Source of the DNA: Spirochaetaceae bacterium
GTDB lineage: Bacteria; Spirochaetota; Spirochaetia; DSM-2461
DNA length: 64,000 bases
Assembly (NCBI GenBank): GCA_965224705.1
Contig: OZ245056.1
Coordinates: forward strand, 1,184,001-1,248,000
Reading direction: 5' to 3'
The first letter of the stretch is position 1, and each line of letters begins with the position of its first letter. The notes under the pieces were generated by a model. That model saw only the letters and a program-made list of their open reading frames with translations, did not search any database and was not told the origin of the DNA. The position numbers were made by a program, and so were the translations under genes. Shown piece by piece: positions 60,462 through 64,000 of this stretch.

Positions 60462-63400
60462 ATGCCTGTTATTTACGATAATATAGATGCATACTTAGAA
60501 TCCGGGCTAAATAAAACACTTGAAAAATCATGGCGATCTGATTTTTGTATTGGGTATTTTAATCTGCGCGGATGGCGGAGAATTTCAAAAAACATAGAAA
60601 GCTTATCAGGAAATGATGAATTCCCGGCATGCCGCTTGTTAATTGGAATGCAACGTATTATTGATGATGATATAAGATCTTACTACTCAGGGGAACGGGC
60701 AGAGACTATTTGGCAAGGGGAAGTCAACGAACTAAAACGCAAAGCAGCCGAACAGTTTCGAGATCAATTGGTTTTGGGAAATCCAACCAATCAGGATGAA
60801 GCGGCTTTAAGAAAGCTGCTTGTCCAGCTTAGAGAAAAAAAAGTTGTTGTAAAACTGCACCTTGAACATACTCTTCATGCAAAACTCTACCTTGCCTATA
60901 AAGATGATTTTAACAGTCCCATAATTGGCTTTGTTGGCAGCTCTAACCTTACTCTTTCTGGAATATCAGACCAGGGGGAGCTTAATGTCGATGTTGTAGA
61001 ACAGGACGCCGCCAGAAAACTGGCTGCCTGGTTTCAGGATCGGTGGGATAAACGCTGGAGCTTGGACATATCAGAAGAATTGGCTCAAATAATCGAGAAT
61101 AGCTGGGCATCTGAGAAACTCATGAGTCCTTACCATATCTACCTTAAAATGGCGTATCATCTTTCCAGTGAAGCCAGAGCCGGAATTACAGAGTTTCAAC
61201 TTCCTAAAGTTTTTTGTGATGAACTTCTCCCTTTTCAACAGAGTGCAGTGAAAGTGGCGGCCCACCACTTAAACCGAAGAGAGGGCGTTTTAATCGGGGA
61301 TGTAGTGGGTCTTGGTAAAACTATTATTGCAACAGCTCTAGCCAAAATGTTTGAAGATGACTTTGGACTGGAAACACTTATTCTTTGCCCAAAAAACCTG
61401 GAGAATATGTGGGAGGATTATGCCCATAAATATCAACTCAGAGCCAATGTTATTCCTATTTCAAAGGCTCAGAACAAACTTCCCCATGAACGCCGGTACA
61501 GGTTGGTAATTATTGATGAAAGCCACAATCTTAGAAATCGGGAAGGACGCAGATATGCCGTCATTAAAGAATACATATCAAAAAATGATTGCAAAGTCAT
61601 TCTCGTGACAGCAACTCCTTATAATAAGTCATACCTTGATTTGAGCAGTCAGCTAAAACTTTTTCTCAATGAGGATTACAACCTGGGAATCAGTCCTGAA
61701 AAATACATTGACTCCATTGGCGGCTCTGTTCAATACAATGCCAAACATCAGAGCAGCGAAACCTCTCTGGCCGCATTTGAGCATAGCCCCTATTCTGAGG
61801 ATTGGTCGGAACTTATGCGGCTATTTCTTGTACGTAGAACCAGAAGTTTTGTCAAGAAAAATTATGCTAAAACTGACGAAACCAACGGACGGTGCTATCT
61901 GGAATTTAACAATGGAAACCGTTTCTATTTTCCCGAAAGACTCCCCAAAAAGGTTGAGTATAAATTCAACCCCAAAGATACTACAGACCAATATGCCAGG
62001 CTCTATTCAAAAAATGTTGTTGACTCCATTAACAAATTATCTCTTCCCCGCTATGGATTGGGACAGGATAAGTATAAGGGAAATAAAAAAGAATTTATTG
62101 CCACAAAAGAAGAATTGCAAATACAGGAAAACCTGGGAAGAGCGGGATCGCAGCTTATTGGCTTTGCCAGAACAAACCTTTTTAAGCGCCTTGAAAGCAG
62201 CGGGCATTCATTTATTCTGTCAATTAGCCGCCACATTCTTAGGAACTATTTATTTTTCTATGCCATCGAAAACGAACAGCCCTTCCCCATAGGAAAACAG
62301 GAAGCGGGTATTATTGACGAATATCTTTATACAGACAGTGATATGGAAGGTGATTCTCTCAACTCACTCTGCACTAATTCTAGTGAATACATGCAAAAAG
62401 CCGAAGAGTTCTACAAAAAACTTCACGACACAGACCGTTACGATTGGATTAGAAGTCAGCTTTTTTCTGAAACTTTAAAAAAAGAGCTGCACCAGGATTG
62501 TAAGCGATTAATGAAAATACAGGAATTGGCCCAAAGCTGGAATTCGCAGGAAGATAGGAAACTTAATGCACTTTATGATTTGGTCACTCAAAAACATGGT
62601 AAGGAAAAAATCCTTATTTTTACCCAATATTCAGACACTGCAAAATATCTGGAAAACACCCTCAAATCGCAAGGTGTTGAGCAACTGAAATCTGTTGATG
62701 GCAACTGTGAGAAACCAGAAACCGTGGCATACCGATTTAGTCCAGGAACAAGGATTGATTCAAGCTTGTCAACTGCACAGGGAATACGGGTTCTTATTGC
62801 AACCGATGTACTCAGTGAAGGACAAAATCTCCAAGATGCCCATATCGTCGTAAACTACGACCTCCCCTGGGCGATTATTCGCCTAATTCAGCGGGCGGGA
62901 CGTGTGGACAGAATTGGACAAAAGAACCCGGAAATTTACTGTTATTCGTTCCTGCCCGAGGATGGAATTGAAAGTATTATTAACCTGCGCAGTCGGTTAA
63001 GTCAGCGCATTAGTGAAAATGCAGAGACAGTGGGTTCTGATGAAGTCTTTTTTGAAGGCGATCCTATAAACATCGCCGATCTATATAATGAAAAATCTGG
63101 GATTCTGGATGAAGAAGATGATTTGGAAGTGGACCTTTCATCTTTTGCTTATCAAATTTGGAAAGATGCCATTGAGGAAAATCCTTCATTGGAAAAAAAG
63201 ATTTCAGAATTGCCCCGTGTTGTTTACGCAACAAAAAATTTTATTGCTCAAAAAGATGACAGTTCTATTGTTTATACAAAAACGGCTCATGAGAATGACA
63301 TAATGGCTTGGGTAAACAAAAATGGAACTATTATAACCAGTTCGCAATTGCAAATTCTGAAAGCCGTGGCATGTGAACCCGACGAAACGCCTTTGGAGCG

Positions 63401-63785
63401 CTTTGAGGAACACCACGAACTGGTAAAAATAGGACTGGAACACATAAAAGGCACTGAGGCAAAAATTGGAGGACAGCTTGGGAAAAAAAGCGGTGTCCGT
63501 TATAAAACCTATATGAGGCTCAAAACCTTTCTTGATTTAGGGCAAGATTCCTTATGGGCTTCCAGCAATCTAAAAAGTACCATTCAGGCTATTTTTGACA
63601 ATCCACTGACCGATTACGCCAAAACCGCCATCAATCGCCAGATGAAAGCCAATATCAGTGATGAAAATCTGGCATCATTAGTAGAAACGCTGCACGAGGA
63701 AGGCCGTTTGTGCCTTTCCATAAATGAAAAAAGAAAATCAAAAGAGCCGCAGATTATTTGCTCTATGGGATTAAGGGGCAGCTAA
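60462..63785 (+). CDS. PLD-nuclease + SNF2-type helicase fusion
   Basis: LHAKLY and GSSNLT (PLD); DVVGLGKT, IIDESHN, TATPYN, SEGQNLQ and QRAGRVDRIG (helicase). Confidence 0.9.
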   Translation: MPVIYDNIDAYLESGLNKTLEKSWRSDFCIGYFNLRGWRRISKNIESLSGNDEFPACRLLIGMQRIIDDDIRSYYSGERAETIWQGEVNELKRKAAEQFRDQLVLGNPTNQDEAALRKLLVQLREKKVVVKLHLEHTLHAKLYLAYKDDFNSPIIGFVGSSNLTLSGISDQGELNVDVVEQDAARKLAAWFQDRWDKRWSLDISEELAQIIENSWASEKLMSPYHIYLKMAYHLSSEARAGITEFQLPKVFCDELLPFQQSAVKVAAHHLNRREGVLIGDVVGLGKTIIATALAKMFEDDFGLETLILCPKNLENMWEDYAHKYQLRANVIPISKAQNKLPHERRYRLVIIDESHNLRNREGRRYAVIKEYISKNDCKVILVTATPYNKSYLDLSSQLKLFLNEDYNLGISPEKYIDSIGGSVQYNAKHQSSETSLAAFEHSPYSEDWSELMRLFLVRRTRSFVKKNYAKTDETNGRCYLEFNNGNRFYFPERLPKKVEYKFNPKDTTDQYARLYSKNVVDSINKLSLPRYGLGQDKYKGNKKEFIATKEELQIQENLGRAGSQLIGFARTNLFKRLESSGHSFILSISRHILRNYLFFYAIENEQPFPIGKQEAGIIDEYLYTDSDMEGDSLNSLCTNSSEYMQKAEEFYKKLHDTDRYDWIRSQLFSETLKKELHQDCKRLMKIQELAQSWNSQEDRKLNALYDLVTQKHGKEKILIFTQYSDTAKYLENTLKSQGVEQLKSVDGNCEKPETVAYRFSPGTRIDSSLSTAQGIRVLIATDVLSEGQNLQDAHIVVNYDLPWAIIRLIQRAGRVDRIGQKNPEIYCYSFLPEDGIESIINLRSRLSQRISENAETVGSDEVFFEGDPINIADLYNEKSGILDEEDDLEVDLSSFAYQIWKDAIEENPSLEKKISELPRVVYATKNFIAQKDDSSIVYTKTAHENDIMAWVNKNGTIITSSQLQILKAVACEPDETPLERFEEHHELVKIGLEHIKGTEAKIGGQLGKKSGVRYKTYMRLKTFLDLGQDSLWASSNLKSTIQAIFDNPLTDYAKTAINRQMKANISDENLASLVETLHEEGRLCLSINEKRKSKEPQIICSMGLRGS

Positions 63786-63786
63786 A

Positions 63787-64000
63787 GTGGAAAAACAGTA
63801 CTACATTAAAAAGAAAGACTTCGCCAGACTTATTAGGGGTTTTAACTTTGCAAAATTGTTTAACGAATTTGGCTGGGACAGGTTTGAAAAAGCTCTCCCC
63901 ATCTCGCTGAATGAAAAAATCTATCAGCTCAAAGGAATTGCTGAAAAACGAGGGTTTACAGTTTTTAACTGTGGTTCATCGCCAGATGCTTTTCCAAAAA
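63787..64000 (+). CDS. 5' part of a probable type IIG/Eco57I-like R-M methyltransferase, runs off the window
   Basis: GTG 1 nt after the helicase stop; open to the end. FNFAKLFNEFGWD...IAEKRGFTVF resembles N-termini of MTases that follow such helicases; no MTase motif is in view. Confidence 0.5.
   Translation, partial: MEKQYYIKKKDFARLIRGFNFAKLFNEFGWDRFEKALPISLNEKIYQLKGIAEKRGFTVFNCGSSPDAFPK

Noticed and set aside
1..64000. tRNA or rRNA genes
   Set aside because: None recognised by eye; a tRNAscan-SE/Infernal run would be needed to exclude them.

Overview
A 64-kb window from a bacterium, probably a spirochaete (inferred from the lipobox lipoproteins and an MKK...FAGGQQE-type binding-protein leader). 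It is heavily rearranged and full of IS and MITE debris. Left to right: a partial Rpn/PD-(D/E)XK nuclease; two paralogous modular Ig/FN3 lipoproteins separated by a 133-bp palindromic tandem array; toxin-antitoxin remnants; a three-cassette integron array without an integrase; an approximately 17.5-kb defence island between 477-bp direct repeats; a GTP-derived cofactor/lipid-modification cluster split in two parts (29-34 kb and 53.5-57.3 kb); AAA ATPase/nuclease modules and MazEF; a sugar ABC/DhaKL/FGGY/SgcQ catabolic locus; a degenerate IS630; and a PLD-SNF2 helicase followed by the start of a probable R-M methyltransferase gene. The defence island holds a Menshen-like triad, a collapsed type III R-M scar, two KAP NTPase copies, an IS3 element and an AT-rich three-gene operon. 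That operon (18913-27204) is the best candidate for an undescribed system: a 2160-aa GHKL-ATPase/tandem-PRTase/His-kinase-like protein, a receiver-domain protein and a beta-helix-fused K+-channel pore. All domain calls come from reading motifs by eye; no database searches were run.
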